NCBI RefSeq assembly: GCF_964355755.1
Contig: NC_092674.1
Span: 682,001-746,000, forward strand
DNA from: Antedon mediterranea
Lineage: Eukaryota; Animalia; Echinodermata
Direction: 5' to 3'
Length of the DNA stretch: 64,000 nucleotides
A program made the position numbers and the translations under genes. This document shows positions 52,252 through 64,000 of the stretch, piece by piece. The notes beneath the pieces are model-generated. The model was not told where the DNA came from and did no database searches. It saw only the letters and a list, made by a program, of their open reading frames with translations. Within the stretch, counting starts at the first letter, position 1, and each line of letters opens with the position of its first letter.

Positions 52252-53300
52252 AATCATTAACAAATATATGAAATAATTACTGCATTTATACAATAACTGA
52301 GACATTAAAAACATATGTACTGTACGCCACAATGAGGAGTGGACCGGTGGTTTTGTATTCAAACGAAAAAATTTTTTTTAAATATTTAAGTACGGTAATA
52401 CAGTATGTAAACACGGCAACATGTGAAAGACAACTTTGCAGTTCTTTATTGAGTTTTTTTGTTTTGAAATAAATATAAACTTTCTATAAGCATTGAAACA
52501 GATTTTTATTTATAATACTATAATGCTCTATCTAGCAATAAATGAAATCATTTCATTTTCTGTGTTTGTATGGTGTCCAGGTACTGGATTACATAGTATA
52601 ACAATATTGTAGTAATTTTAAACTCACCATGATGTCTACCTTTAGATAGCTTTATTTGTCCTCTATCATCGATCATATTTAATAATTAAAATAATGTAAT
52701 TAACTATGTAAACAACCTACCTTATATTTACAAACCAAGATTTGCGCGAATGTGTTTTGTGTTTGGCCTGTGGCTGTCTGTAGGCTGTACTACGGTCACG
52801 GTAATTAGCCAGCCTCAACCAGCTCGCGTGACGACTTAGCCTGCCTGGTCCCCTTGCCTTGCTTGACCAGCCAAATATAATTATAAATACTCAAAAGGTA
52901 GCCTACTTACCCACTCAATCTTGATCTCCTATCAGACAAGTATATAATCCTAGTTAAAATTTGTCATAAATATAGCTCCATGATAAACAAATATACAGTT
53001 TTTACTTCGATATCAAAGTTCTCAGGTCTTCTCAGCAGAGGCCACCGTGACGTTCAAAGCCTAGCGCCAAGGATCGTCTGGTACCGGTCATGACGTGACG
53101 TACTCTCTTCGGATTGGCTTAAACTTTCGTTTTGTCCGCATCATCATCACATTAATACCGGGGATTAATACAAAAAAGGTTGAACGCAATTGTAGGCGCA
53201 CTTATCTTTTGGTGGTACTGTAAATTAATTATGGTTACCATGTTTTTATCGTGTGGTGTTACAAGTCTTTTAGTAGGCCTCTCAAGTCATGTTCCTCTTA

Positions 53301-54066
53301 GGCCCTGTTTCTGCTGCCAACTAAATACCGTATATTATACGGTATATTTTTGGCAGCAGAAACTGCGCTCATAAAAAATATACCGTATTTTGTATACCGT
53401 ATTTTCCTCACAAAATTTGTGGATAAAATACGGTATTTACAAATTTATACCGTATTTTTTGTACCCGTTTCTGCTGCCAATAAAAAATACCGTATTTTTT
53501 TTTACATGACAAAAGGTCACCATTCGTGTTTTTATTTTCTGTCAGCTGCTTTATACACGTGTATAGATATATTCAGCGAAGACGTCACAGTTTTACTAAA
53601 TAAATGTGTGTGGGGAAGCTAAAATGTCTGGCCAACTAAAAGGTAATAAAAGAGACAACCACATTTATAAAGACATTTATAAAAAAATAAAGCAGGAGTA
53701 TGGAATAGACTTGTCTCCAAAGCAAGTAAACTACTCAAAGCTGAAGAGCCTGCGAAAGCAGTACAACATTGCAAAATACAATAACTCGGGGAGGGAACGA
53801 ATTAATTGTCCCCATTACGATGCTTTCTGTGCTCTCACAACATCTCTATCACTAGGGCTAGGCTGTTGAAAGTGAGACGTAAAACTTCCTTTATTGCGAC
53901 TTTTAATTATCGATCAAATAAATGAATGGCATTTGGGGTAAAAAAGATGAAATTTAACACGACCACCCAAGAAGTATTGTTAGCAGAAACGGGGTACTAA
54001 AAAATACGGTATAAAAAATACCGTATATTATACCGTATTTTGAGCAGTTGCAGCAGAAACAGGCCC
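53301..54066 (+). mobile_element. PIF/Harbinger deletion derivative with Myb/SANT-like ORF remnant
   Basis: TIR GG(C/G)CCTGTTTCTGCTGC, TTA TSD; remnant NHIYKDIYKKIKQEYGIDLSPKQV..KLKSLRKQY...SGRERINCPHYD at about 53624-53825. Confidence 0.85.
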
Positions 54067-55052
54067 TTACAGAATACGTCGTTGACAGTCAAAGCCCATG
54101 CTACAAACGGATCCCAGCTCTATATAAAAATATAGGACAATAATCGACTCAACTCGCTTGTTTCGTTTACGTCCTTGCGTTGTAAACACGTAACGCAGCG
54201 ACGTATATTTCTATCCTGTTTATTGGACAAATAGACAAACCAAAATACAGTGTTTGGCAAATATTCCATAATTATTTATTTCAAATAAATAAGGAGTACA
54301 ATAAGACTAAATTTGGAAGGCATAACAATTTTAGTCTCCTCTCTGAGAATGCAGTAAAAAAAAAACTTAAGTGTAAAGTACAAAGAATTGAGTTTTTATT
54401 TTAATTTAATTCTGAAATATGTAAATCGTTTGAGTTTCTTAAAGTCATGGAATATATCGAACACAAAATGGAAAAAAACATCTTTGTTTAGCCTTGCAAT
54501 TAATTCACAAGGCCACATTACCACATGTTTTTCTTTACGTTTACAATTACAACAAAATGTACACACGACGTCATTAATACAGATATCAATATCAAAGAAA
54601 AAGTTCATTTCGCCTTTTCCTTAAGCAAAAATTGTTTCACAAAGATTAGTTAATTTTCGAGGTTATTTGTCCTCAGCACTAAAATCTAATTTATATCCAA
54701 TTAACATTTAAATACAAGTGATAGATCTCAAACTCTCGCTCTATACTACAAAGTCTTTTATATATAATTTGTAACTTAACTACAACGGCGTGGTTGCAGG
54801 GGGATTCACCCCCTGCGCCACTTGGAGTGGCTTCTTTAAGAAACCGAAGTTCCTTTTCTCAACGAGATATGTCCAGTAGATAATACTTCATCCACAATGG
54901 ATTTTATACCAATATATGGTTCAATTAAAAGATCACAGAGCGGCCATCAATATTTCTTGTGTATATATAGCAGCGGTATAGCAAAATCCTCGTAAACGTT
55001 TTTTATCTCCTAGACAAATATCAGATAGCGAGCCACACGTGTTCTCGTAATT

Positions 55053-58000
55053 CTAAATCAGATCGGCGACGTTCATTGGCATCTCATCTACGACTGTACT
55101 GTAGAATTGCTCAATGTCGTGCATCATACGTTTATGTTCTTCAGTAACAAAATTTATAGCCACGCCCTTACGGCCAAATCGACCACCACGTCCGATTCTG
55201 AAAAGAATTCAATTGAAGGGTTATAGATATATTTCGGAAAGCAATATAAAATATCAACTAATCCAGAAACAAGTGCAATGTGGTTACAGTGACCAAAGTC
55301 AAGTACTGGTACGTATACTAGTATATATGATCATTAAAAGAGAGTCTTCAATTTTTGACCGATAGTAGTAACAAGCTAGGTCAATTGAGGCATCGTCTAG
55401 AAACAAGCTAGGTTAATTGATGTGTTGTCTAGACCTAGGAACAACCAAAAATGGTGTCCAGCAAGGAATCGCATCCCATATGTGAACAATGAATTGAATT
55501 TAAGTAGGTTGTCGCTTAGAAAAAGCTATCCAATGTAAATGATAAGTATTAGTAACCATCGACATACCTATGAATATAACTTTCCCGGTTTGTTGGGATA
55601 TCATAATTTATAACAAGGGACACTTGTTGAACGTCAATACCACGCGCAAGCAGATCGGTGGTAATGAGTACTCGGCTGGAGCCGGAGCGGAATTCCTTCA
55701 TGATCACATCACGCTCTTTCTGATCCATATCACCATGCTGTAAAACAAAATTAATATCAACAATAAACGTTGTGTATAATGTACTATCGTGACAGCCAGT
55801 TTCTCTCTCTCTGCATACCAGTATCCGTCTGTAGTATCTGGCCTTCCTTGTTATGGAGGAATATAGTCATACAAGTTCAGGTATAATACACAAAATACAT
55901 AACATTAAAATGTCCATTGCATGGTTTGACTCCTCAGTGACAGCTGCGTAACAGCTCTGAGAAAGCGCAGGAATATGCAATAGCTCGTCCACAGCAATGC
56001 AAAGCATCCGGGACAGAGTTAATTTCCAACGTAGTGTATGGGAATGTACCTCATTGCTGTTAAGCTGAGCTCCCTTGAACCACAGAGACAGAGCCATGTG
56101 AAGGCCAGTTCACTGGATGTCAACGTTGGGCTACTTTTAAATATTTACTTAGAATCCTTACCATCATAGACACGGTGAAGTCTCTGCTTTTCATTTTGCC
56201 AGCCAACCAATCAACTTTCCTTCTCGTGTTACAAAATATAACAGCTTGAGTAATAGTTAGCGTCTCGTACAGATCACATAGCGTATCCAATTTCCACTCC
56301 TAAAAAAGAAAATAATTTGTCATCGTGCGTAAATACAAATTATTTTTACAACTGTTAAATATTATCTGTACTTTTCTATTGTTTTAAACATTGTTTATAT
56401 AATTGAAACTGCAGTGTATTAAAGATTTTCTGATTTTAATTTTTACATGAATGATAAAATAAAAGATGGATTGAATTGAATTGATAAATATATCTTTAAA
56501 AATCAACCAGAAATTTAAGATTATTCTTTAATTTGTTATCTTGCGTGAAAATACTAACCTCTCTTTCAACGCTAACATAAAATTGTTTAATTCCTTCTAG
56601 AGTTAACTCCTCTTTCTTCACCAAGATCCTGATTGGATCACGCATAAACTTAGTTGTTACTTCTAGAACTTCAGCAGGCATTGTTGCAGATAGCAATACG
56701 ACCTGTAAATCTTTATTTGGCAGTAGTTTGAAGACGTCATAAATCTGGTCTTTGAAGCCGCGAGACAACATTTCATCGGCCTCGTCCAAGACAAACATCT
56801 TAATTTTTCTTGGATCTTTATTTCACAAGAATAAATAACAAAATTGGTTATAAAACGATTCTTATTCAATACAGAAATGGATGCAGGTAATGTTGTTTAT
56901 TGCTGGTCTCCTTGTCATAGCTGCACAACAGCTCTTCAGAGAGCACAGGAATATACAACAGCTCATAAACAGAAAAGGCCAAATCACACAGACAAGCGGC
57001 ATCAGTAATAAAAATATAGAATCAATGCTATTTCTTATGACCATTACACACATTACGGAGCGGATGGGCGGCTCTTGCTCAAGATATTAACATATTCTAC
57101 GTTGGACAAGCTACGCGGTTTTCCGTTACCGCTCGTCTGCGTAAATAGGCCTTACCGCAAAGTTTTGCTAATACTGCAAAAATTTAAATGTATAAACAAA
57201 TAAAAGTGTCCATTGCATGGTTTGACTCCTCAGTGACAGCTGCGTAACAGCTCTGAGAAAGCGCAGGAATATGCAATAGCTTGTCCACAGCAATGCAAAG
57301 CATCCGGGACAGAGTTAATTTCCAACGTAGTGTATGGGAATGTACCTCATTGCCGTTAAGCTGAGCTCCCTTGAACCACAAAGACAGAGCCATGTGAAGG
57401 CCAGTTCACTGGATGTCAACGTTGCAACATGTTTGAGTGCCACACATTTGCTAAATCGTATGCTAACTCTTTTAAACTACTCTCTTACCTAGGGCCCTCC
57501 TAGAAATCATATCGTTGACTCTTCCTGGGGTGCCTACAACTACGTGGACACCAGCCTTACATCTAGCAGAGTCATCAGCTACACTGGTTCCACCAATACA
57601 GGCATGACACTTGGCCTTCATGTAATCGCCCAATGCAATGATTACCTTTTGAATCTACACACAATAAAAAGCATAGTCAAAATTGAATACATCAAGTGAA
57701 TAATTTGATAATTGGAAGATCTGTACATTGTATGTCATTTTGACTATCGCATGGTTTGACTCCTCAGTGACAGCTGCGCAACAGCTCTGAGAAAGCGCAG
57801 GAATATGCAATAGCTCATCCACAGCAATGCAAAGCATCCGGGACAGAGTTAATTTCCAACGTAGTGTATGGGAATGTACCTCATTGCTGTTAAGCTGAGC
57901 TCCCTTGAACCACAGAGACAGAGCCATGTGAAGGCCAGTTCACTGGATGCCAACGTTGGGATACAATCAAGGTTTCTAACTGTGTGATGTAGTAACAATT

Positions 58001-61000
58001 CAGCCTACGTACCTGTTGGGCCAACTCTCTGGTTGGAGCAAGGACCAAAGCCTGGCACTGCATGAGAGTGATATCAATTTGTTGAAGGATTGAGATTGCA
58101 AATGTGGCTGTCTTTCCTGTGCCAGATTGAGCTTGGGCAATCACATCAAATCCTAATGAATCAAAAATATTCATTCTGATAATAAGTGGAAACAAGTTTG
58201 ACCATTGTTTTTTATTGTTATATTGTTTGGAATTTGAATAAAGAAATAAAATGATTCGACAAGACTAGTTAAATCTTAAATTTTAGATCAAATATCAAAG
58301 ATTGTGGTTGTGTGGATTGAGATAAATACCACTTGATTCTAGTAACACCTCACCCATTAAACACAACCGGTTTACTTTCCTTCTTCTTGACGTCCCTGAT
58401 TTCATTGTTACAGAGTAACTCATGCAAGGTGCTTTTTGAAGAAGTTAACATTTCATATATTGATTTACAAGAATACAGCCGCAGCTGTGCTTACCTTTGC
58501 AGCATGGCATAATAGCTCTTTGCTGGATGGCAGATGGCCTTTCAAAGCCATAAGCATAAATGCCTCTAAGGAGGTCTTCTGTTAAACCCATATCATCGAA
58601 GTGTTCTATTATCTCATCCCAATTACACTATAAAATATAAACCAATCAAATTAAGAGGAATAGGTGATTTTTTTATTAAAGATAATAGGTAGAATACAAA
58701 TATCAAAGATTGTGGTTGTGTGGATTGAGATAAATACCACTTGTTTCTAGTAACACCTCACCCATTAAACACAACCGGTTTACTTTCCTTCTTCTTGACG
58801 TCCCTGATTTCACTGTTACAAAGTAACTCATGCAGGGTGCTTTTTGAAGAAGTTACAAAGAATAATTTTTAGTTTAAGGCACAATGAGCAACTGGCATTT
58901 AATCAAGTTTTCCAATTTGTAACTGGTCTAAAGGAAAATCAATAAATTGTTCCTCCAATATATTCACTGGAATCTTACCTTGCTAAATACTGTTAATTAA
59001 TGAACAACTATTAAAAAGGATTATAGAATTCATTGTCTCAGCCAAGATTAATAACATGAAGTAAAGAATTATTCTTTATTACTAGGGATAACGATGCAAA
59101 ATTAAAATTTGTTATTTTTCAACCAATTTAAACATTATATGTTAGTATTTTGTTTCAATATTCCAATAAAAGAATTACGAAAATCTGACTTGTAGTTTTC
59201 GAAATATAAGGTCTAAAACATCTCCGAAAATGATCGTTTTTGGCCACGAACGTTGTAAACAAATTGCGCCCTCAGTCGACAATTGTATGAACCACACCGT
59301 TTTTTGATAAAATAATTACAAATAATTACATTTTATAGTAATTTATTTTGTATATCAACATTGGAAATATCAATAAAATATGTTATTAAATGTTTACAAA
59401 ATATATAAAGTTGTTTATTTAACGGAATTCGTACAAATTCATTGCTCTAAATTTGTGTAGTAACATCAGTACAGACAGACCATGTGACTTCGCGGTACAC
59501 GCGAGAGAAAACATTCCGCTGTGGGTGATTCGCGTCCACCAATCAAATAGCCAGGATCCAAAATCATTCAACCGTGAGCTCTGCCGATCGCTGGAAATCT
59601 CAGCTTTGATTGGCTTACGATGACATCATATCACAAAATGGTGGTTTTGTAGTTGAGCCTCACGTAATTTTCACAATTTTATTTAAAAAATGAAATAAAT
59701 GGACCTGCTTTATGGTATGTGTGATTTTTCTCTAAAATATTTAAATAATAAAGGCTTCATATAGAGAAAAAACCGTTTTTTTGGCACTTATAATAAATAT
59801 TTCTCAGAGAAAAAAGCACATGGCATGTAGAACTATATTATCTTGGTGTAGGAAGACAAACAAATCCCAGGTCATGAGAGGCTCAACTACAAAAACAAGG
59901 TTGAATAGGTTAGGTCACTGGACCGTCGAAGGTTTTTGAGTAAACAATTTACCGCGTATGGTCATACGCGCCAGACAGTACGATATTTTACAGGGCATCA
60001 CGTATGCAAAACCCAGGAGAGCAACAAATCGCTCTCCTCAAATCACCGAGGAGAGCAATTCGCTCTCCTTGCAAAAATTTTAAATCGCTCTCCTCAAATA
60101 TTTATGTTGAAGTTGAAGGATGGTCGCCCTTATTAAAAATGGCTGGCCCTTATTAATTTTTTGTACACATTTTTTTGCCCGACAGGGGATAACCCCCCCC
60201 CCCCCCCCCGGGCACAACAAATGTATACTGTACCTCTCCCCTAAAATCCCCCACACCCACCTTTACACACAATATTTTCCGTGGGGATCGTATTATTCTA
60301 CAGTACAAAAAACTCAAGCCAATTTTTTTTTTATGGCCTGGGTAGATTGGGTTTCAGGAGCCTGGAGAATCCTGTCCTGGCCAACTATATGCCTTTCTTT
60401 AGCCTACCTTTTCTAGCCTAGCTTGTTGGCCTAGAAATCAGACAGAAAACCTGAAAAGTATTTACCTGCAATTCATAAATTATACAATTCTAACATGCAA
60501 CAGCCATTAAAATATTGATAATAAGTTACAAAGTGTCATTTTAAAATAATTAAGAAAGATATTTGATCGTGTTTACATGTGTCACACATGGGCGCACGCA
60601 CAATAGGGGAGGGCTGAGAGAGCTTCTAGAAGATGCTGACGTCACACATCAGCACGTGTTTTGAGGAGGATTTGAGTGACCAAAATTGGTTAGAACTTTT
60701 GAAGAAATAATCCATCTTCAAAATGACATAATTAAAGCAACCAGCAGCTAAGCTTTTTTAAATAATAAACATTATATTTAGGCCTCCTATATTAATGTTT
60801 CCTTTTAAAATTAAATATATTTTATTAACTCGTTCCATAAAAACATAAAGGGAAAAATTATTGGTTGGGACATGATCTTCCTGTAAAGGAGGTGTTTCTA
60901 TGACACCGTACTGGTTGCACTATGAGGCGATGAAGTAAACTCGCCCTTGAATGCGCGCAGGCAGGGGAATCCCCTTTGTTGGTACCTCGCACTGTGAGAT

Positions 61001-61689
61001 GGAGCGCGATGAATTGCTCTCCTTTTCGAAAGTTGTTGATTGCGATCGCGCTCGCGATCCTTAAAAACGAGGGACTGCCATTAGGCTTGTAGCTTTATAA
61101 CTTAGCTTATAGGCCTAGGCCTAGATTGGTTTTAACTTTTAAAAATCCACGTGTTTTTAGGCCTCTTGACAGAAAAATCAACACTGTCAAAATCTAGGCT
61201 CTATTTTGAAAATTAAGGAGCGCGATAAATTGCTCTCCTCAAAGCCTGTTGAGGAGCGCGGAGGAGCGCGGTCGCGCAGGCGCTCCTTATAAATGATGCC
61301 CTGATTTTAACCACATTTTTTACATGTTTGGTTGAATATAATGACGATAAAAAATAGTTGATCTTATGGAATGATATGTAAATAAATAAATACTCAAAAG
61401 AATTATGTTTACAGTTCAATTATTTTCAGAATAATATTACATAAAAATGTGTTTACCAATGGACAAATAATCGCGTCAATGACATAGCGCGCATGGTAAC
61501 GTACGCGGAGTTGAATCGTGGCAGTAACAATGGAGTCAACTCTCGGTAACCCTATTATTACTCCATGATAATGATAATTAAATATTCATTGATAATTACC
61601 TCAATGACACCAGGATCCATGCCTGGTGGGTCAGAGCCTCCATCCTGCTCTCTGTCTCTCTCTCTTTCTTTATCATTTGGACCATTGTC
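55053..61689 (-). CDS. eIF4A: Eukaryotic initiation factor 4A-I/II (DEAD-box helicase); ATG exon not located
   Basis: [93 protein letters not shown]; upstream exon 61689-61600 ends [10 protein letters not shown]. Confidence 0.96.
55908..56129 (-). ncRNA. SNORA73: U17/SNORA73 (snR30 homolog) H/ACA snoRNA, copy A
   Basis: 5' CCAACGT..ACGTTGG stem, GGCTCTGTC..GGGAGCT, m1 ATATTCCTG, m2 AAACCAT, ACA box; intronic, sense to eIF4A. Confidence 0.9.
56915..56970 (-). pseudogene. Decayed U17 snoRNA fragment
   Basis: AGCTGCACAACAGCTCT..GAGAGCACAGGAATATACAACAGCTCAT aligns to the U17 3' hairpin; m2 and ACA lost. Confidence 0.65.
57204..57425 (-). ncRNA. SNORA73: U17/SNORA73 snoRNA, copy B
   Basis: Near-identical to copy A; m1, m2 and ACA intact. 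Confidence 0.9.
57738..57959 (-). ncRNA. SNORA73: U17/SNORA73 snoRNA, copy C, ACA box altered
   Basis: Near-identical body; 3' end reads CCATGCGATAGTCA rather than CCATGCAATGGACA. Confidence 0.8.
58300..58446 (-). ncRNA. SNORA21: H/ACA snoRNA SNORA21 (ACA21, snR10-like), copy 1
   Basis: Hairpin-H box (AAAGTA)-hairpin-ACA; pockets TCAAAAAGC/CGTC and TGGGTG/CAATCC complement LSU rRNA GACG-U-N-GCUUUUUGA and GGAUUG-U-U-CACCCA. Confidence 0.85.
58708..58854 (-). ncRNA. SNORA21: H/ACA snoRNA SNORA21, copy 2
   Basis: Near-identical to copy 1 in the adjacent intron; differences lie outside guides and boxes. Confidence 0.85.
59635..59897. mobile_element. MITE-like inverted repeat remnant in eIF4A intron
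   Basis: TTTTGTAGTTGAGCCTC (about 59646-59661) and GAGGCTCAACTACAAAA (about 59877-59894). Confidence 0.55.
59991..61303. mobile_element. hAT-like non-autonomous element in eIF4A intron
   Basis: Termini CAGGGCATCA / TGATGCCCTG, subterminal GGAG(A/C)GC and GCTCTCCT repeats, ATTTTA on both flanks. Confidence 0.7.
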
Positions 61690-61955
61690 CTGGGTTTGAC
61701 TATAATAAACGACAAATAAATCAAGATTTAAAAAGGAGGGCTAATTCAAGTCAGCTGTACTTCTGTAGGACAGATGTTGGGTTGGAGCTGTTACACAACA
61801 AAGTTGAATAAATAAAATTGTATAACCAATGACTGCGTTTTCACAAAACGGAAGACATCTTTGATTGATGACCAACAATGTTGTGCAGGGAAGTGAAACC
61901 AACAGAAATATCTCTAGCGTTTTCAGGCCACCATGTGCATTAAAAATTTACCGTA

Positions 61956-63181
61956 AGGCCAAATAAAAAAATATACTTGTTAAGCGTCACACCTTCATAA
62001 ATTTTCAGGGGCGGGGGGACGGTTTTTTTTTTTTTTTTTTACTTTTTATAGAGGTATATTTTTGCGCGGTGGACGTTTTGCCCCACTTTTTTAGGACGAA
62101 ACGTCAAACTTTTAAAATGCGAAACAGAACAAAATTGACTATGTATGAAATATTATTGCTTATGACAAAATTGAGTTTTGTATTGTTTATATCCAGACGT
62201 AATTAAAACATTAAATTTAATTGCCACCAAGCGAAATTGTAGGCCTTAGGCTAACTAATCCGTCCAAGGTGCTACCCCAACCTCACTCATCGGCCATCCG
62301 CCGTCTCTCGCTCGACTCATCTATCCAGGAAATTCCCTATCGCGAGAAGCATGATTTGGTCTCAATAATACTAAATAGTGGGCTGATTTATAGTTTGAAA
62401 ACAGCTTACGGCATTTCTTAAGTGAATTTTTATTCAACGTATTCATTCTTCTTTGATGAATCCTTTGCCAATTGCTGTGTAAATCAGTATTTAAAGTTGT
62501 GATGCAAAAAGTGTATGGAAACCCATCGCCCAACAGGACCTCGTGGTGTGCCGATCTCGAGCGCGAGATCATCGTAAACAAAATTGGTAGAGTCCATTAT
62601 GTATGGGGTGTTTCCTATTTACGAACCTATAAAAAAACGCGCTTCGACCACTGTGTAGGCAAAATATTTATTTCGTTAAATCCCTAAATTGATAATCGCG
62701 TATTCTGTAATCACGTGACTGATGATGTAATCCTCAGCGACGTACTAAATGCACATGATTTAATGTGTTGGGGAAAAAGCTTGCTGTTTACCACATTACA
62801 TGATTCACGGTGCTATTCGCGTTTCCTTTACGTAAATCGGCGGCGTGTAAATGAAACAATTGTTTTCACCAATTTGCCGTTGTCGACATAGAGCGATCGG
62901 CGGCTAGCGTTGTCTAAGCTAAAAAGTATGTATTTTTTCAAAAATTACACTAGCCTAACAAACATTTGCTAGTTTTGAAATTTTCAAATAGCAATTATGA
63001 AGAATCTACTAGCAAAATGCTAGTTTGCTAGCGTGAATTTCGAGCCCTACTCTGGAGCTGGGTCGGGCCGCTGAACTTTCCGTTGTATATCGGTAAAAAA
63101 AAAATAAAAATAAAAAGAGAGGCGGCTGGATAATGAGGAGCGGGCGGTGACGCTTAACAAGTATGTTTTTTTATTTGGCCT
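61956..63181. mobile_element. Non-autonomous TIR element
   Basis: AGGCCAAATAAAAAAATATACTTGTTAAGCGTCAC and GTGACGCTTAACAAGTATGTTTTTTTATTTGGCCT. Confidence 0.75.
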
Positions 63182-64000
63182 AAAATTAAATGAATGAATA
63201 AAAAAAATTAGAAAATTGTTTTGATCGCAAAAAAGACTGTACTGTAAAGGCCCCTAAAGCATACTATAGGCACACTTTCCACATGTGATATTGGCACATT
63301 CGATTGGGACTATAACGTTATGAGCATTGATTGAGTTATTATTACTGAACCAACAGTCCTTCATCAACTTTAATTTACGTTAACTATTTAAATGAAAAAG
63401 TATAAACATTTTCTGTTGAGAAAAAAAATGTTACAATTTACGATTCCAACAATTGTTAAGCACAACAAAGGTTTGTGAATAAATAAATAGGCCTACCTAT
63501 GCCAATTAATTATTATTCCTTTTATTTTTCAAGATTATATATTGAGCCTACCATTTAGGCCAATTCCAGTGTGAGTATTATTAATTTAACTTTGAACGGA
63601 CAACAGAAATCAAAGAATGAAGAACCAAGAAATTTGAATTGCAAAATGGCTGCCATGCAATAAAATTTATTGAACACGTTTATACACGAAATAATAATTA
63701 AAATAATAGCCTATATAGGCTTAAAACAGCAGTTTCATATGAATTACAATATAAATTATTGTAAAATGTTAACAAATATTTACAATGGAGAATTTTTAGT
63801 TTTCTAAGAACTAAAACCGACCACATTTTTTATCGATTCCATCCTCACCACCGACACAAGCACGTGTGTGAAACGGTGAAAATGAATGAGAACTCAGGCA
63901 GGCAGACAGTACCGGTTCATATTGTACGGATTAAAAGACATTAAAAACAATATTTCTACATAAAAAATACTTAGACATGTTACTAAAACAATAAAGAAAC

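Noticed and set aside
55867-57927. Repeated [11 protein letters not shown]... small protein family
   Set aside because: The ORFs coincide with U17 snoRNA copies; similarity ends at the RNA boundaries
58300-58854. SNORA63/E3 assignment, expected from the human EIF4A2 host
   Set aside because: Guide pockets match the ACA21 targets, not the CCAAGCGU-U-CAUAG site recalled for E3
59991-61303. Fanzor/TnpB RNA-guided system
   Set aside because: No RuvC-like ORF in this element or elsewhere in the window; hairpins alone are insufficient
63640-63660. eIF4A start exon (ATGGCAGCCATTTTG on minus strand)
   Set aside because: No compatible splice donor nearby; more likely a YY1-like motif in intron 1

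Overview
AT-rich, intron-containing animal genomic DNA; the gene set and repeat types suggest an invertebrate deuterostome such as an echinoderm (inference). Spliced genes in order: C5orf34-like first coding exon (-), CWC15 (+), TAF9 (+), selenoprotein T (-, in-frame UGA plus SECIS), RHBDD1 (+), a MAM-domain gene (-), an S28/PRSS16-like peptidase (-), two single-exon carbohydrate sulfotransferases (+ and -), RFC4 (+) and eIF4A (-, start exon not found). eIF4A introns host three U17/SNORA73 (snR30) copies, a decayed fourth copy and two SNORA21 (snR10-like) copies. Other notable items: a Penelope element with a minimal hammerhead core just after the CWC15 stop, six hairpin repeats next to the SELENOT SECIS, nested DNA transposons at 1.8-9.4 kb, tiny TSD-flanked palindromes resembling P-element excision footprints, and AGGCCTAG-rich tracts at housekeeping-gene 5' ends. 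No CRISPR array. Coordinates and family assignments were made by eye and from memory, with no database search.
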